Assembly (NCBI GenBank): GCA_023395395.1
Contig: JAEWZH010000018.1
Location: 13,187 to 77,186, forward strand
Direction: 5' to 3'
Length of the DNA: 64,000 bases
Origin: Bacteroidota bacterium
GTDB lineage: Bacteria; Bacteroidota; Bacteroidia; Bacteroidales; Porphyromonadaceae
Every line of letters starts with the position of its first letter. Within the stretch, counting starts at the first letter, position 1. This document shows positions 52,426 through 64,000 of the stretch, in pieces. The notes below the pieces were generated by a model. That model searched no databases, was not told the origin of the DNA, and worked only from the letters and a program-made list of their open reading frames with translations. The translations under genes and the position numbers were made by a program.

Positions 52426-52746
52426 TTATAAAAGTCCCAATTCTAGCTTTGCCTCATCAGTCATCATATCTCGATGCCACTCAGGCTCAAAAGTGAGCTT
52501 AATCTCCACACTCTTTACACCTTGTACTGCTTCCACACGCATTTGTGCGTCCATAACCAAAAAGTCTACCACAGGGCAATTGGGTGAAGTGAGGGTCATT
52601 GTGACGATGACGTGTCCTGTCTCATCATTGATATCAATATCGTAGACGAGTCCCAGATCGTAGATATTGACGGGAATCTCTGGGTCATAGACAGTCCGAA
52701 GTGCCTTTACAATCTCTTCCTCTATACGTAGTAAATTAGTCTCCAT
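52426..52746 (-). CDS. DUF59/SufT-like Fe-S assembly protein
   Basis: VYDPEIPVNIYDLGLVY, TLTSPNCP, FEPEW. Confidence 0.9.
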   Translation of the reverse strand: METNLLRIEEEIVKALRTVYDPEIPVNIYDLGLVYDIDINDETGHVIVTMTLTSPNCPVVDFLVMDAQMRVEAVQGVKSVEIKLTFEPEWHRDMMTDEAKLELGLL

Positions 52747-53774
52747 TACTCGTTCTTTAGTGTATAAATGTGTTGAACTGCAGTCACGAGGATATTATCG
52801 ATGGCGTTAGGATTTTCGTAATAGCTCTCATTGTGCGCTTCTATATCAGGAACAAAGCCACCCTCCAATTGGTTCATATCCTTGTCGTAGCTCTTGACAG
52901 CGGAGTAACGCACCTTCCAGCCATTGGGGAGCTCTGAGGTCGCTGGCATCCCAGTGCCGCCACCAGAAATCTCTCCAATACGGGTTACATTTTTGGCAAG
53001 TGCCACCTTGTATAAGAAGTCATTGGTAGCACTGAAGCAACTCCTATCCTGCAGGATTATGAGAGGCTTCTCAGTATATGTAATATACTTGTTAGGTGTG
53101 ATATAGTGGGCTTTTGGTTCTGAAAAGGCATCTCGAGCTGGGCCAGTCTTGTAGACGGTATAACCGACAAGAGTCTTTTCAGTGAGGAAGTAGGAAACAA
53201 GCTTGTCAGAATTTTCAACAGACCCGCCGCCATTGCCTCTAACATCAAGTATAATCGCATCAGCATTTTGAAGGAGCGTAAAGATAGCTTTCATATTCCC
53301 CAGGCTATTGGAGAAGCTACTGTAAGAGATATAGCCAAAGCTCATGTCTCTATCTTTTGTGGTGAGTAGGCCGTACTTCATGCCTCCAGAGATAAAAAGA
53401 TTTCCCGATATATGACGACTGCGAGCATAGATATTGAGACCGGTAGTGGGGTCTGGGACTAGTTTGTCGTAGCGCGAAATATCAAAGTCGGAGTAGAGAT
53501 TGACATGCCCATCTTTCAGTTCACTGAGCATGGAATCCATTAGATTAAAGAATAGCAAGTCATTGAGCTTTCTAGTCTCTATTTTGGTCAGATAACGCTT
53601 GTGTACTTCGTCCCAGTCTACTCCCTTCTCATCGAGAAAGCAATAGCGCTCGTCAATGATTTTCCATAGTGCTTCAAAGTTGGTTTTGTAGTCACGTACC
53701 ACTGGGGTCTCAGGCATGCAACTGCCGAGAACCAATGCTATCAGGATAGCGAGTATTGAGAAGATTTTTTTCAT
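52746..53774 (-). CDS. S41 family peptidase lipoprotein (tricorn-like)
   Basis: LGSC lipobox, LKDGH, DVRGNGGG, CFSATNDF, LPNGW. Confidence 0.85.
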   Translation of the reverse strand: MKKIFSILAILIALVLGSCMPETPVVRDYKTNFEALWKIIDERYCFLDEKGVDWDEVHKRYLTKIETRKLNDLLFFNLMDSMLSELKDGHVNLYSDFDISRYDKLVPDPTTGLNIYARSRHISGNLFISGGMKYGLLTTKDRDMSFGYISYSSFSNSLGNMKAIFTLLQNADAIILDVRGNGGGSVENSDKLVSYFLTEKTLVGYTVYKTGPARDAFSEPKAHYITPNKYITYTEKPLIILQDRSCFSATNDFLYKVALAKNVTRIGEISGGGTGMPATSELPNGWKVRYSAVKSYDKDMNQLEGGFVPDIEAHNESYYENPNAIDNILVTAVQHIYTLKNE

Positions 53775-54673
53775 CTGTAGAGTGTGCTATGGATTTGAGA
53801 AGACTTGAGTGACTTATTACCCGAAAAACTGGCGACATCAAAAGAAAAACCAAGAACTACCCCCCAGCTACCCTCACGGTAGGTGGTGTGGCTGATTCTT
53901 TGACTTAAATAGGTATGTTCCGCTCCTAAAGTGACCGTAAAGCTATTGATTGGGAGATCTATCAGGAGTCTTTGCTGTATGCCTAGAGTATTGTGTAAAG
54001 AGCCAAAATGGAAAACAAATTTGGCTCCATTCTCCCCAGAGATATAGTCGTAGTAACTCTGTCCATAATCGGGATGGAATGCACCTTGTAGCAATGACGA
54101 TTGCGCAGAGTAGCTTATAGCGAGTGGCAGCACATTCCAAGGGATTTGATAACGCAGTCTTACCCAACCATCAACCCCAAAACTACCCTTGCCATTAGCA
54201 ATATTATTGGTATTGTCGAGCTTGAAATTACCTGCCGCTTTCATTGCAAAAAGAGGTGCAAGATCTACACTCAACCCCTTGTCCCGAAGCACCCTCCAGC
54301 TGGGACCAAGCTTGTACTCCAAACCTATTCCATACATCTGACTATTATTGGCTGGGTTTTTCATATTTGCACCAAAGAGAACTACCTCTTGATAAAGGTG
54401 CCATGACTGATTTACTGGAGCCTTGTAGTCGGTGAGAAAGCTCATCTTTGCTTCTATCCCTCGATGCGAAATGGGACTCAAATACTCATCAATTACACTG
54501 CGCTCACCCAATTGAAATAGATACTTGGTGTGTGTTGTAGGGAGTTGGTCTTGCATCTGCCAGCCCTCACTTTGTATCCAATTGCCAAGCTTATGATACC
54601 ACCTCTCCTGAGCGATCGCCGGAGAAGTCGCAAATAGCACTGTGATTGCGATGGCAATAATCTGTCTATTCAT
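53771..54673 (-). CDS. DUF3316-like putative outer-membrane protein
   Basis: Signal peptide from MNRQII, DEYLSP, NPANN, TNNIAN, FHPDYGQSYY; paired with the S41 lipoprotein. Confidence 0.65.
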   Translation of the reverse strand: MNRQIIAIAITVLFATSPAIAQERWYHKLGNWIQSEGWQMQDQLPTTHTKYLFQLGERSVIDEYLSPISHRGIEAKMSFLTDYKAPVNQSWHLYQEVVLFGANMKNPANNSQMYGIGLEYKLGPSWRVLRDKGLSVDLAPLFAMKAAGNFKLDNTNNIANGKGSFGVDGWVRLRYQIPWNVLPLAISYSAQSSLLQGAFHPDYGQSYYDYISGENGAKFVFHFGSLHNTLGIQQRLLIDLPINSFTVTLGAEHTYLSQRISHTTYREGSWGVVLGFSFDVASFSGNKSLKSSQIHSTLYR

Positions 54674-57338
54674 TATCCTCATCCTTAAAGTCCAACATCC
54701 TCTGTCCCGAGGCTTCTTCAATCAATTTTAGGGTCTCTTCCGCATCTTGCTCGAGATCTACCTCTGGCTCCATATCTTCTTCATCTGCCTCTACATCTTC
54801 CAGTTCGGGAAAACGAGTAGGGGGGAGTTCTTCAATCTTTGCGACATCGAAGTTGCTAATCCTCTTGCCTTTCGCTCGGATACTCTTCTCTGCTATAAAT
54901 TCTTCAGCATCTATCTCTATCGGCAGACGATGCTCATCATTACCACCAAAGGTTACCTTGATAAGAGGATAGACTTCTCCTGAGAGTAGTAGTATACTAT
55001 TCTCCATTTCTCCCTGGATGTATTCATGCTTGCTGCTCTCCTCTATAGCGAAGCGTTTGATGTAAGTAAACCCTGCCTCCTTGTCGTAGTAGACGAGGGT
55101 CCAAATCTTATCAGGGTCGTATTGCTCTACTACCATCACATCACGCTCGAAGTGATTGCTCTCGCTAAAGTTGGTTGTATAGCAGTCGCCATTAGTACGG
55201 ATTACGAGGACCTTGTCATCGCCTCCAAATTCTCCGAGGTATTCGCCTCTATTATCATAATTGATACGAAAGACATCACGATCAAACCATACCTTGCGCC
55301 CTCCGAGGGTGCTAGCTCCTTGCTCTTTGAGCGTAACTTTGAAAATATTACCTCTCGTAAGAAGATTGCCCTTTGCTGTACGAGCTTTAATAAGGATGTC
55401 CGCAAAATTGCGCTCAAATACCAACTTCTTTCTCGATGCTTTTTGCAGTGGACGAAGTACTACCTTGACGGTTTCTGCCTCGCCATTAGGGTTAGCCGAG
55501 AAATACAGTACTTTAGAGTCGGATTTTTCTTGAGTAAGATGGTATTCTCTGTCACGAATAATGGAACTGACATTGAAGCGCTTAATAAACGACGCCCCAT
55601 TTTTGCCATCACGGTAGATTACATTGTATATAGTCCGCTTATCGCCACGCACCCATCGTGCTACGTGCAGGATATTTTTCCCCACAAAAGCCTTGTCAGA
55701 TACTTTGGTAATCATATATCTGCCGTCCTCGAGAAATACGATTACATCGTCTATATCAGCTACATCACAGATATATTCATCTTTCTTAAGGCTGGTACCT
55801 ATAAATCCACCTTCACGATCTACATAGAGCTTTTCATTTTTAAGCACCACCTTTGCGGCTTGTATCTCGTCAAAGCTCTGTAGTTTGGTGCGCCTTGGAT
55901 ACCGGCTTCCATATTCTTTCAGAAGCTTTTGATACCACTTGATGGTATATGTGCACATATCAGTGAGTGTAGTCTCAATATCTGCCATTTGCTTTTCGAG
56001 CCCTTGGATAAAGAGTTGGTTTTTCTCCTCATTGAATTTGAGGATACGCGCCATACGAAGCTCAAGAAGTAGCTTCAGATCCTCATCAGTTACAGGACGA
56101 ATTAATCCCTCTAACACATCTGACAGACGAGCACGAATATGAACAATCGCCATCTTGAGATCTTTTGCCTGTTCAAACTCTTTGTCTTTGTAGATACGAC
56201 GCTGGATAAATAGTTCCTCTAGCGAACTCTTTAGGTGCTGCTCCTGTAGCTCCCCTAGTTCTATCCTCAGCTCTTGCTCGAGGTAATCCATCGTCCTCTG
56301 GACGTTGTCTCTAAGGACATCGGAGACGCTGAGAAAGGCTGGCTTGTCGTCCCGAATTACGCAGCAGTTGGGGGAGATACTCACCTCGCAGTCGGTAAAG
56401 GCATATAGAGCATCGATGGTCTTGTCGGGCGAAGTTCCGGGGGGAAGCTGAATTTCGATATTGGCCGAGGCTGCTGTCTTGTCGTCAATCTTTTTGATTT
56501 TGATGCTTCCCTTGTCATTTGCCCGCATTATTGACTCAATAATGGAGCTCGTGGTACGGGAAAAGGGAACCTCAGTAATTGCAAGTGTGCGTACATCCTT
56601 TTTCTCAATCAAGGCACGCACTTTGATTTGCCCACCCCTCTCACCATCATTGTATCGGCTTACATCCATCAAGCCGCCAGTAGCGAAGTCAGGGAAGAGT
56701 TGGAACTCCTCTCCTTTTAGATGGCTAATACATGCCTCGAGGAGTTCGGATACATTGTGTGGAAGTATCTTGCTCGAAAGCCCCACAGCAATACCTTCAG
56801 CTCCTTGAGCAAGAAGTAGCGGAAACTTGACTGGAAGAGAGACAGGCTCCTCGTGTGCAGCATCATACGAAGGTTTGTATTCAGTAATCTTGTCGCTAAA
56901 AAGTATTTCCTTAGCAAAAGGAGTGAGCCGTGCTTCGATGTACCTCGCTGCTGCTGCGCCATCACCTGTCAGCACATTCCCCCAGTTGCCTTGGCAGTCG
57001 ATTAGAAGTTCCTTCTGCCCAAGTTGTACCAAAGCGTCGCCTATACTCGCATCGCCATGAGGATGAAGGGACATTGTCTGCCCCACGATATTGGCGACTT
57101 TGATGAGGCGATCATCCATCTTGCTCATGGTATAGAGGATGCGTCTTTGCACAGGCTTGAGTCCATCTTCGATATGTGGCACAGCACGCTCCAGTATGAC
57201 ATAGGAAGCATATGAAAGAAACCAATTTCGGTACATCCCACGTAGCTCATATCTATTTACCTCGTGGATACCCTCCTCGGTTTGCTTTTCTTCCTCAATG
57301 ATTTCGCTTGGATTCTGCCCTATATTATCTTCTTTCAT
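54666..57338 (-). CDS. parC: DNA topoisomerase IV subunit A
   Basis: YVILERAVP..DGLKPVQRR, HPHGD, AAARYIE (Bacteroidota ParC type); -7 box CAAATTTA at 57362-57369. Confidence 0.9.
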   Translation of the reverse strand: MKEDNIGQNPSEIIEEEKQTEEGIHEVNRYELRGMYRNWFLSYASYVILERAVPHIEDGLKPVQRRILYTMSKMDDRLIKVANIVGQTMSLHPHGDASIGDALVQLGQKELLIDCQGNWGNVLTGDGAAAARYIEARLTPFAKEILFSDKITEYKPSYDAAHEEPVSLPVKFPLLLAQGAEGIAVGLSSKILPHNVSELLEACISHLKGEEFQLFPDFATGGLMDVSRYNDGERGGQIKVRALIEKKDVRTLAITEVPFSRTTSSIIESIMRANDKGSIKIKKIDDKTAASANIEIQLPPGTSPDKTIDALYAFTDCEVSISPNCCVIRDDKPAFLSVSDVLRDNVQRTMDYLEQELRIELGELQEQHLKSSLEELFIQRRIYKDKEFEQAKDLKMAIVHIRARLSDVLEGLIRPVTDEDLKLLLELRMARILKFNEEKNQLFIQGLEKQMADIETTLTDMCTYTIKWYQKLLKEYGSRYPRRTKLQSFDEIQAAKVVLKNEKLYVDREGGFIGTSLKKDEYICDVADIDDVIVFLEDGRYMITKVSDKAFVGKNILHVARWVRGDKRTIYNVIYRDGKNGASFIKRFNVSSIIRDREYHLTQEKSDSKVLYFSANPNGEAETVKVVLRPLQKASRKKLVFERNFADILIKARTAKGNLLTRGNIFKVTLKEQGASTLGGRKVWFDRDVFRINYDNRGEYLGEFGGDDKVLVIRTNGDCYTTNFSESNHFERDVMVVEQYDPDKIWTLVYYDKEAGFTYIKRFAIEESSKHEYIQGEMENSILLLSGEVYPLIKVTFGGNDEHRLPIEIDAEEFIAEKSIRAKGKRISNFDVAKIEELPPTRFPELEDVEADEEDMEPEVDLEQDAEETLKLIEEASGQRMLDFKDEDNE

Positions 57339-57409
57339 TTATATGTAGCTATTAAATGCCACAAATTTAGTCATTTTAGCGTAGAGCCACAATACTCGCC
57401 TAGGCAATA

Positions 57410-57452
57410 AATTCTGACCGTGAGCCTGACTACTGTCAGCCACGGTCAGAAT
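57410..57452 (-). terminator. Hairpin/terminator after the ferritin-like gene
   Basis: ATTCTGACCGTG / CACGGTCAGAAT with inner CTGAC/GTCAG. Confidence 0.7.
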
Positions 57453-57484
57453 AATTAATGTCTTAACTCTCATTTCTGAGATGG

Positions 57485-57940
57485 TTACATTTGTTTTACC
57501 AGCCAGTTTTGACGACCTATCATCTCAATCATCTCTACCTGCTCTTGACTCCAGTAGAGGTCTTCTTCCTCATCGATTAGGTAGGCTTTCAGGATATCAT
57601 ATGTGGTGGGATCATCCTTCAGCTCCGCCATACAGTCATATAGCAAATTTACTCCATCCTCTTGGTGCTTGAGATCCACTTTGAGATACTCTATAGGATC
57701 TTTGATTAGCTCACATCCTATTTGACCTTCAATCTTTACTTCTCCTCCAAGATCATTGATGCGAGTTATAAATTTCTCGACCCATCCCATTTCTTTAGCA
57801 TAGTGTCCTTTGTACTTCTCTCCAAGTTTTGAAAATCCCATGGATTCAAAGTGTTTACCCTGTACAAAGTGCGCAAAAGCCCCACTCGTTAGGCCTGTTG
57901 TGAAAAGCTGTAGTGCTTCAATTGATTTTTGATGTCTCAT
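57485..57940 (-). CDS. Bacterioferritin-like protein
   Basis: GFSKLG, EM, RINDLGG, DPTT, DEEE, IGRQNWL resemble Bfr; several ferroxidase ligands appear substituted. Confidence 0.75.
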   Translation of the reverse strand: MRHQKSIEALQLFTTGLTSGAFAHFVQGKHFESMGFSKLGEKYKGHYAKEMGWVEKFITRINDLGGEVKIEGQIGCELIKDPIEYLKVDLKHQEDGVNLLYDCMAELKDDPTTYDILKAYLIDEEEDLYWSQEQVEMIEMIGRQNWLVKQM

Positions 57941-58046
57941 TTTTCTTTGTCTTTAATGTTTGATACTCTATAAATTGTCTATCTCGATATTTGTCGCACA
58001 AGATCCCCCGTATCGCCATGATGATATTGTCGGAGTGGTCTTGGTG

Positions 58047-58474
58047 TTATTGCTCCCTATTCATAAGTTTATAAATCAATCTCTTTAGTGTATCCACCTC
58101 TCTATTGTTAAAGAGAAATCCTTTGCTAGCTCAGTCGGTATTGATTTTGCTTCTTCTTCAAGTTGTTTGCCTTTGTCTGTCAAATGTATCCTTACAATTC
58201 GCTCATCCTGCTTGCATCTTTGACGGATAATCAGTCCCTTACATTCCATTCGTTTGAGCAGAGGAGTTAGTATTCCACTGTCCAATAATAGTCGTTTACC
58301 TATGGTACTTACGGGTAAAAAGTCCTTCTCCCAGAGTACTAAAAGAACTAGGTACTGAGGATAGGTAATATCTAAATTGGTTAGATATTTACCATAGCTC
58401 TGTATGATTTCCCTAGATGCTGCATAAATAGGGAAGCAAAGCTGGTTGTCCAATCTTAATTTGTCGTACTTCAT
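58047..58474 (-). pseudogene. OhrR-like MarR regulator with a 3' frameshift near 58100
   Basis: LDNQLCF, TYPQYLVL..LWE, LDSG.LTPLLKR, DER; ORF stops at 58085 but another frame continues EVDTLKRLIYKLMNREQ* to 58047. Confidence 0.7.
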
Positions 58475-58730
58475 CGTTACCTTATTTGTTCGTTTACAAA
58501 ACGAGCAAATAAATTGTGAACAATAAAATTTTTAGGCATTTATTTTAGTCAACACACTCTGGTATTTAGTGCAACGGTCGTTCAAAAATTTAGGGAAGAG
58601 ACTTTGTAGAGTGTTCTGAAATTGAGTTTTTCCCTTGGATTATTGTTGAGTCGTTTTTCGTTATGAGCGATATCTTGTCTTCTCAACGACATACACCCTC
58701 CACTTGCGGAATTGAGGAGTGGAGTTATAG

Positions 58731-60782
<2,052 letters not shown>

Positions 60783-60802
60783 TATTGGATGACAGTAGTA
60801 AT

Positions 60803-60841
60803 AGGGGATAGAAGGGTTGGTGAACTCTTGTATCCCCTTTT
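60803..60841 (+). terminator. Terminator after gyrB
   Basis: AGGGGATA / TATCCCCT plus T run. Confidence 0.65.
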
Positions 60842-60860
60842 ATCTATTATCTATAAAACT

Positions 60861-62579
60861 ATGGAAGGAAGGACTTTTTCGCTTAAGCAACTTCAAGAGC
60901 AGATTGATAGTTGCAATAAGTTTCTTGAGACGAGCAAACCAGTAATAGGGATATCTACCAATCACAATCATGTGGATGAGAATACCCTCACACACACCTA
61001 TTGTGATAGTGTAAAGCTTGCAGGCGGTATTCCATTGATTATTCCACAGACGGATGATATAGATCTGCTATTGGAAACTCTTGGAAGGTGCGATGGGTTG
61101 ATCATGAGTGGCGGTGGTGATGTCCACTCTCTGTGGTGGGGAGAGGAACCACATCATAAGGTGGGCAAAGTCGTTCACAATAAAGATTTCTTTGACCTGT
61201 CGCTCATTCAGAGTGCCCTGAAACTCAATATCCCAGTACTGGGAATTTGCCGTGGCCTTCAGTTGCTCAATGTTGCACTAGGTGGGACGCTTCATCAGGA
61301 TATTCAAAGCTTTGTGGAGGGAGCTTTCAATCATGTACAGACTGCTACTCGATACGAAGAGTGGCATCCTGTGGAAATACTTTCTGACGGTAGACTTCGT
61401 AGTCTTATTGGAGAGGATAGACTGATGGTTAATTCCTTCCACCACCAGTCTGTAAATAGACTCGCTGATTGTGGAACCATTTGTGCCAAAGCTGATGATG
61501 GTGTAGTGGAGGCGGTGGATTTCTATCCAGAATACAATGCTTTGGGTGTGCAATGGCACCCTGAGGCACTTGCTTGTGAGGGTAAGACCAAGCACCTTGA
61601 GATATTCAAGTGGCTGGTGGATGAAGCAAAGTTATTCAAACAAGCACGTCATATCCATCAACATATTATTACTATTGATTCACACGTTGATACCCCTTCA
61701 TTACTAGTAGGTAATCCTTGCGGTGATAGTGATATTGCCAAGGTAGACTATTCTGGGATGGTGACAGGAGGACTAGATATAGCCTTCATGGCTGCTTTTG
61801 TCGCACAGGGTAGCGAGACTCCTTATAATCAGATGATAGAGATGTTAGATGCCACGGATGCTTATGCCAAGGAATCGGAGAATAAAATAGTAGTATTGAC
61901 AGATACCTCTAAGGCTTGGGAGTACAAAATAAAGCATCAAAAGATGATTTGTAAGGCGGTAGAGAATGGCTATGCAATTGGGGATGATTTGTCCAAACTT
62001 GAAGAGCTTACCAGCCGAGGTGTCAAATATATTACTCTTTGTCATAATGGAGATAATCAGATTTGCGACTCAGGAGTCCGTAGCCACCAGACACATGGAG
62101 GTCTGAGTGACTTCGGAAAAAATGTTGTGAAGGAGATGAATAGGTTGGGGATTGCCATAGATGTTTCGCATGCAGCAGACGCAACTGTACAAGATGTATT
62201 GGAAATAAGTAGTGCCCCAGTCATCGCCAGCCACAGCTCTTGTCGGGCTATTTACGATCATCCACGCAATCTGCCAGATGAATTGATGAAGGCGATAGCT
62301 GACAAAGGGGGGGTGGTGCAGCTCTGTATGTATCATGGTTTCCTTAAGGACAAGGGAGCGACAGTGTTAGACTTCGTAAATCACCTCATGCATGCTATAG
62401 ATGTGGTTGGAATAGATTATGTGGGTATAGGGACTGATTTTGATGGAGGAGGCGAAGTTGTGGGTTGCCGAAAAACGGCTGATTTACATCGTATTACAGT
62501 TGAACTTCTTCGCCGAGGAATTGCAATAAATCAATTTAGTGGTCTTTGGGGCGCCAATTTGTTAAGAGTGATTAGGTAA
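60861..62579 (+). CDS. Fusion of gamma-glutamyl hydrolase (peptidase C26) and membrane dipeptidase (M19)
   Basis: GICRGLQ, NSFHHQ, VQWHPE; then DSHVD, ENG, DVSH, SHS, GTDFDGG. Confidence 0.88.
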   Translation: MEGRTFSLKQLQEQIDSCNKFLETSKPVIGISTNHNHVDENTLTHTYCDSVKLAGGIPLIIPQTDDIDLLLETLGRCDGLIMSGGGDVHSLWWGEEPHHKVGKVVHNKDFFDLSLIQSALKLNIPVLGICRGLQLLNVALGGTLHQDIQSFVEGAFNHVQTATRYEEWHPVEILSDGRLRSLIGEDRLMVNSFHHQSVNRLADCGTICAKADDGVVEAVDFYPEYNALGVQWHPEALACEGKTKHLEIFKWLVDEAKLFKQARHIHQHIITIDSHVDTPSLLVGNPCGDSDIAKVDYSGMVTGGLDIAFMAAFVAQGSETPYNQMIEMLDATDAYAKESENKIVVLTDTSKAWEYKIKHQKMICKAVENGYAIGDDLSKLEELTSRGVKYITLCHNGDNQICDSGVRSHQTHGGLSDFGKNVVKEMNRLGIAIDVSHAADATVQDVLEISSAPVIASHSSCRAIYDHPRNLPDELMKAIADKGGVVQLCMYHGFLKDKGATVLDFVNHLMHAIDVVGIDYVGIGTDFDGGGEVVGCRKTADLHRITVELLRRGIAINQFSGLWGANLLRVIR

Positions 62580-62632
62580 TTGCTTATCTTTGCGCTAGAT
62601 TTTTTGAACGAACCTACTACATATTATTGTGT

Positions 62633-63430
62633 ATGAATAAAATTGTCTCCAAGGAGTATCTCTCTGAGAAGGTAGTCAAGTTTGTAATCGAAGCACCTCG
62701 TATTGCGAAGTCACGTAAAGCTGGGCACTTTGTTATTGTCCGTGTGGGTGAGATGGGTGAGCGTATTCCGCTTACTATTGCAGACTCAAACATTAATGCT
62801 GGCACCATTACCATGGTAGTTCAGAATGTCGGGCGAAGCTCTCGAAAACTCTGTGAACTGAATGAGGGTGATTATGTTACCGACGTAGTTGGTCCTCTTG
62901 GTCAGGCTACTAAAATCAAAAAATATGGGACTGTTGTCTGTGCAGGAGGTGGAGTCGGTGTAGCCCCTCTTTTCCCAATTGTTCAAGCGATGCACGAGGC
63001 TGGGAATCGTGTGATTGTAGTACTCGCAGCACGTAATAAAGATCTCATTATCCTTGAGAAAGAGATGCGCGCCAATTCTGACGATGTAATCATTATGACC
63101 GATGACGGTTCGTCGGGTAAACAGGGACTCGTTACAGCCGGTATCGAGGAGGTAATAAGTCGTGAGAAGGTGGATCTTTGCGTCACCATTGGACCTGCTA
63201 TTATGATGAAATTTGTAGCTGAGTTGACCAAAAAGCATGAGGTGCCAACCTTTGCTAGCCTAAATACTATTATGGTAGATGGTACAGGCATGTGTGGCGC
63301 TTGTCGAGTTACTGTGGATGGGCAGACCAAATTTGTATGTGTCGACGGCCCAGAGTTTGACGCACACAAGGTCGACTTCGACGAGATGCTCAAGAGAATG
63401 AATGCATTTAGGGATCAAGAGAAGGCATAA
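62633..63430 (+). CDS. NfnA-like FAD/NAD-binding [2Fe-2S] subunit (electron-bifurcating transhydrogenase small subunit)
   Basis: GERIPLT, GPLG, GGGVG, MVDGTGMCGACR, CVDGPEF; TATCTTTG at 62585-62592. Confidence 0.88.
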   Translation: MNKIVSKEYLSEKVVKFVIEAPRIAKSRKAGHFVIVRVGEMGERIPLTIADSNINAGTITMVVQNVGRSSRKLCELNEGDYVTDVVGPLGQATKIKKYGTVVCAGGGVGVAPLFPIVQAMHEAGNRVIVVLAARNKDLIILEKEMRANSDDVIIMTDDGSSGKQGLVTAGIEEVISREKVDLCVTIGPAIMMKFVAELTKKHEVPTFASLNTIMVDGTGMCGACRVTVDGQTKFVCVDGPEFDAHKVDFDEMLKRMNAFRDQEKA

Positions 63431-63437
63431 TATAAAG

Positions 63438-64000
63438 ATGGATCTAATCAAGGAAAGACGTGCCCAAGAGTGGCGCGAAGAGCTCCGCAAGGCAACTAGT
63501 CCCAAGGAGCGTATGGCAATGACTAGGGTGGAGATGCCTGCACTAGACGGTAAGTACAGGGCAACCAATCACGAGGAGGTGAGTCAAGGACTCACTGCCG
63601 AGATGGCACAAAGTGAAGCGAAGCGATGTCTAGACTGCGTCAATCCGTCATGTATGGAGGGGTGCCCAGTGAGTATTCATATCCCTAGTTTCATCAAAAA
63701 TGTTGAGGCTGGGAGTGTTTTAGAAGCTGCAAGGGTGATTCGTGAGACCAGTTCACTCCCAGGAGTATGCGGTCGCGTCTGCCCTCAGGAGAAACAATGC
63801 GAAAGCAAGTGTATCTATACACAAAAGATGAATAAACCCGCTGTGGCGATAGGTTTCCTCGAGCGTTATGTGTCGGATTACGAGCGTGAGGCAATCCTCA
63901 ATGGCAGCGCAGAGGAGTCGAGGGATCCCATTGTACCTAACGGGATAAAGGTAGCAATTGCTGGATCTGGTCCTGCTGGGCTATCTTGTGCTGGAGACTT
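63438..64000 (+). CDS. NfnB/GltD-like NADPH-dependent Fe-S flavoprotein (partial, runs off the window)
   Basis: Manual translation EAKRCLDC..CMEGCPV, CGRVCPQEKQCE, AIGFLERY, GSGPAGL. Confidence 0.88.
   Translation, partial: MDLIKERRAQEWREELRKATSPKERMAMTRVEMPALDGKYRATNHEEVSQGLTAEMAQSEAKRCLDCVNPSCMEGCPVSIHIPSFIKNVEAGSVLEAARVIRETSSLPGVCGRVCPQEKQCESKCIYTQKMNKPAVAIGFLERYVSDYEREAILNGSAEESRDPIVPNGIKVAIAGSGPAGLSCAGD

Noticed and set aside
55026..55883. 285-aa plus-strand ORF and other long antisense ORFs (e.g. 22196-22840, 30503-31087)
   Set aside because: They lie antisense to well-supported genes and have no family motifs; shadow ORFs.
60861..62579. C26-M19 peptidase fusion as a novelty
   Set aside because: As I recall this fusion is widespread in Bacteroidales; nothing here distinguishes it.

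Overview
This is a core-genome window from a Bacteroidota bacterium, most likely Porphyromonas-like. Support: TAnnTTTG -7 promoter boxes, A-rich translation starts without Shine-Dalgarno sequences, the tmRNA tag GESNNYALAA, and gene content. It holds about 45 housekeeping and metabolic genes: the rpoD 3' end, nadBCA, a glucan cluster, ilvE, sdhCAB, panD-argS, recF, dapA, HU, a 29-aa bS22-like ribosomal protein missed by the ORF track, rng, ftsA-ftsZ-yqeY-pnp, a GH20 hexosaminidase, clpC, prfB-efp-trmB-mrp-nhaA-mscL, class II RNR, lpxH, parC, gyrB and nfnAB. It also carries tmRNA and two decayed IS3-family remnants. The most striking unexplained signal is an intergenic repeat family. A 10-bp palindrome, CTCTATAGAG, recurs at an exact 22-bp period with variable 12-bp spacers at four loci (about 9.5, 21.0, 42.6 and 51.5 kb). 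One locus has become a 36-bp-arm hairpin that keeps the phase. Other oddities: prfB without its programmed frameshift, ClpC without its N-domain, ftsA-ftsZ detached from the dcw cluster next to an IS scar, a frameshifted OhrR-like regulator, and a bacterioferritin with a degenerate ferroxidase centre. All calls come from motif recognition by eye; no database searches were run.
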